A program made the translations under genes and the position numbers. A stretch of 63,086 nt of DNA, filler included, from Dehalococcoidia bacterium (GTDB taxonomy: Bacteria > Chloroflexota > Dehalococcoidia > DSTF01 > JACRBR01): assembly GCA_041494685.1 (NCBI GenBank). It is 3 parts of 3 records of this genome, joined end to end, with 100 filler letters (N's around TTAATTAATTAA, not from the genome) between each part and the next. Parts side by side here need not be neighbours in the genome. Positions count along the whole stretch, not along the records: positions 36,494 to 63,086 come from JBGQBE010000046.1; 2 more parts are not named here. One strand, written 5' to 3'. The notes beneath the pieces were generated by a model. That model saw only the letters and a program-made list of their open reading frames with translations, did no database searches and had not been told where the DNA came from. Below, piece after piece: positions 62,401-63,086 of the stretch; position 1 is the first letter of the stretch, and every line of letters begins with the position of its first letter.

Positions 62401-63086
62401 AGTATCTCCGGCACGGTGACAAACGCCATCGGCACGCCGATCGCCGGCGCGATCGTCTCGGCGAGCCGTACCGCTTGTTGCGGCTACGGCTATACGACGG
62501 CCGCTGGCGACGGCACATACGCGATCACCGGGTTGGCGCCGGGCAGCTACAAGGTGCAAGCCCAGGCGCCAGGCTACGCGCCCACCTACTACAACGGTAC
62601 TTACGACTACAGTGCGGCGACACTCGTGGCCGTGGCGAGCGGCGCCACGACGCCGGGCATCAACTTTGCGCTGGCCCCCGCCGGCAGCATCACCGGTACC
62701 GTAACGAACGCCTTCGGCACGCCGATCGCCGGCGCGGACGTTTCGGCGAATTCCTCGACCTGCTGCGGCGGCGGGAGCGCCACGACCGCCGTGGACGGCA
62801 CGTACACCGTCACCGGTCTGACACCGGGCAGCTACACGGTGCAGGCCCAGGCGTCGGGCTACGCACCCACCTACTACAACGGCACGTACGACTACAGCGC
62901 GGCGACGCCCGTCACCGTGACGAGCGGCACCACGACGCCCGGCATCAACTTCGCGCTCGCCCGGGCCGGCAATATCGCTGGCAACGTGACAAACGCACTG
63001 GGCACGCCGATCGCCGGCGCGAACGTCTGGGCGAGTGCCTCGGGATGCTGCGGCGGCGGGAGTACCACGACCGCCGCGGACGGCAC
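59452..63086 (+). CDS. Large secreted protein (3' truncated): DUF4185-like domain, Pro/Thr linker, eight carboxypeptidase-regulatory-like repeats
   Basis: Frame appears open from ATG 59452 to the window end (absent from the ORF track because no stop follows). Signal-like segment; GADGGAS...YWLFGDT; repeats every 285-288 bp from 60964. Confidence 0.88.
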   Translation, partial: MSTRRMLRICHSLLRVPPLGLVVQAAPRWKRLHLPSLPLNDPITRTPRRRQWLAPGAFALLAVLALVLVATAEGRPAASAQLSQAPDNGLPDNVSPSVVATRMVCSFANSDARGAHIQGADGGASVLVGDTSYWLFGDTLLLPESGRQIQPNALAWSTTRSPDGCPSLQYFTDAGVAAPLLDKDGSLTAWPSGAWPIDDHTFDFFTVYVYGSGPFAYNIGEIGLAQLDTRTMQVRAASRDLWDARSGFTSQVIGAQPVELDHDGFLRIILGTRDGDELLARAAPDSLSNPDTYEFWDGDGWSHDPARASALWSQVAPSDPVQRLASFSGGVSIAYNRYLGKYVAVQNVGFDKIGARVADRLEGPWSAPTAWLDCSTLAAPAVPVCYSPYQHPELSSPDGRTIVLTFTRMASYDVVVYEVTLGVPVRAIGEAGASGTETPTVAAGTQQTPTSPALAAQQTSTPTAPIQTPEGVATRAGATGLASSPPATATPSPMAAEGAAVVSPGSIAGTVTNALGTPIAGASVSANSSPCCGGSGSTTTAGDGTYVITGLAPGSYKVQAQASGYAPTYYNGTYDYNAATLVAVASGTTTPGINFALAPAGGITGTVTNALGTPIAGASVEASRAACCGYGYATTAGDGTYTITDLEPGSYRVQAQAPGYAPTYYNATYDYNTATLVPVTSGSVAPGINFGLAQAGGIAGTVTNALGTPIAGASVYASSSTCCLPGGGTTTAGDGTYAITDLAPGSYKVQAQASGYAPTYYNGTYDYNAATPVTAMSGTTTPGINFALAQAGSIAGTVTNALSTPIAGASLMACPVVGGLCGSATSAGDGTYVITGLAPGSHIVSAQASGYAPTYYNGTYNYSAATLVTVTSGSTTPGINFALAPAGSIAGTVTNALGTPIAGVTVSANPSSCCGSGGSTTTAGDGTYVITGLAPGNYTMQAQASGYAPTYYNGTYDYGAATPVTVASGTTTPGVNFALAQAGSISGTVTNAIGTPIAGAIVSASRTACCGYGYTTAAGDGTYAITGLAPGSYKVQAQAPGYAPTYYNGTYDYSAATLVAVASGATTPGINFALAPAGSITGTVTNAFGTPIAGADVSANSSTCCGGGSATTAVDGTYTVTGLTPGSYTVQAQASGYAPTYYNGTYDYSAATPVTVTSGTTTPGINFALARAGNIAGNVTNALGTPIAGANVWASASGCCGGGSTTTAADG

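Noticed and set aside
60964..63086. Diversity-generating retroelement acting on the variable loops
   Set aside because: No reverse transcriptase in the window. Differences include indels and are not adenine-specific, so ordinary domain duplication fits better.

Overview
High-GC bacterial sequence. Gene content (F420-dependent enzymes, dockerin-like surface proteins, style of integrase and cyclase remnants) suggests Chloroflexota, probably Dehalococcoidia; this is inference. The window is three contigs joined by artificial N-TTAATTAATTAA-N linkers (1-21240, 21341-36393, 36494-63086), and the last 238 bp nearly duplicate the first 238 bp in frame, so contig 3 probably continues into contig 1. 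Contig 1 is accessory DNA: the tail of a giant repeat surface protein, ArsR-MMPL-YgaP, a ~7.9 kb nirK/NO-stress module bounded by tRNA-Leu(CAA) 3' fragments, a cohesin/dockerin-like gene between a broken and a full-length tyrosine integrase, a repeated 36-bp motif array, and a two-component system facing a lone cytochrome b. Contig 2 is core metabolism and repair (Sir2, tesB, ppdK, 5'-3' exonuclease, mutS, S8 protease, mutL). Contig 3 holds asparaginase, P450-ferredoxin, a decayed IS1182, a second cohesin/dockerin-like gene, CoA metabolism (including an isobutyryl-CoA-type B12 mutase), a cold-shock protein, an LPxTG mosaic protein and the start of the repeat protein. Best candidates for something undescribed: (1) a non-cellulosomal cohesin-dockerin-like surface assembly with a shared Cys-bracketed tail, (2) a ten-repeat protein with a vicinal Cys-Cys in a variable loop, (3) a tandem tRNA-Leu island array with an integrase-linked repeated motif, and (4) the nirK module with its four-domain NnrS-like/SufT fusion. 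Family assignments come from motif recognition by eye; no searches were run.
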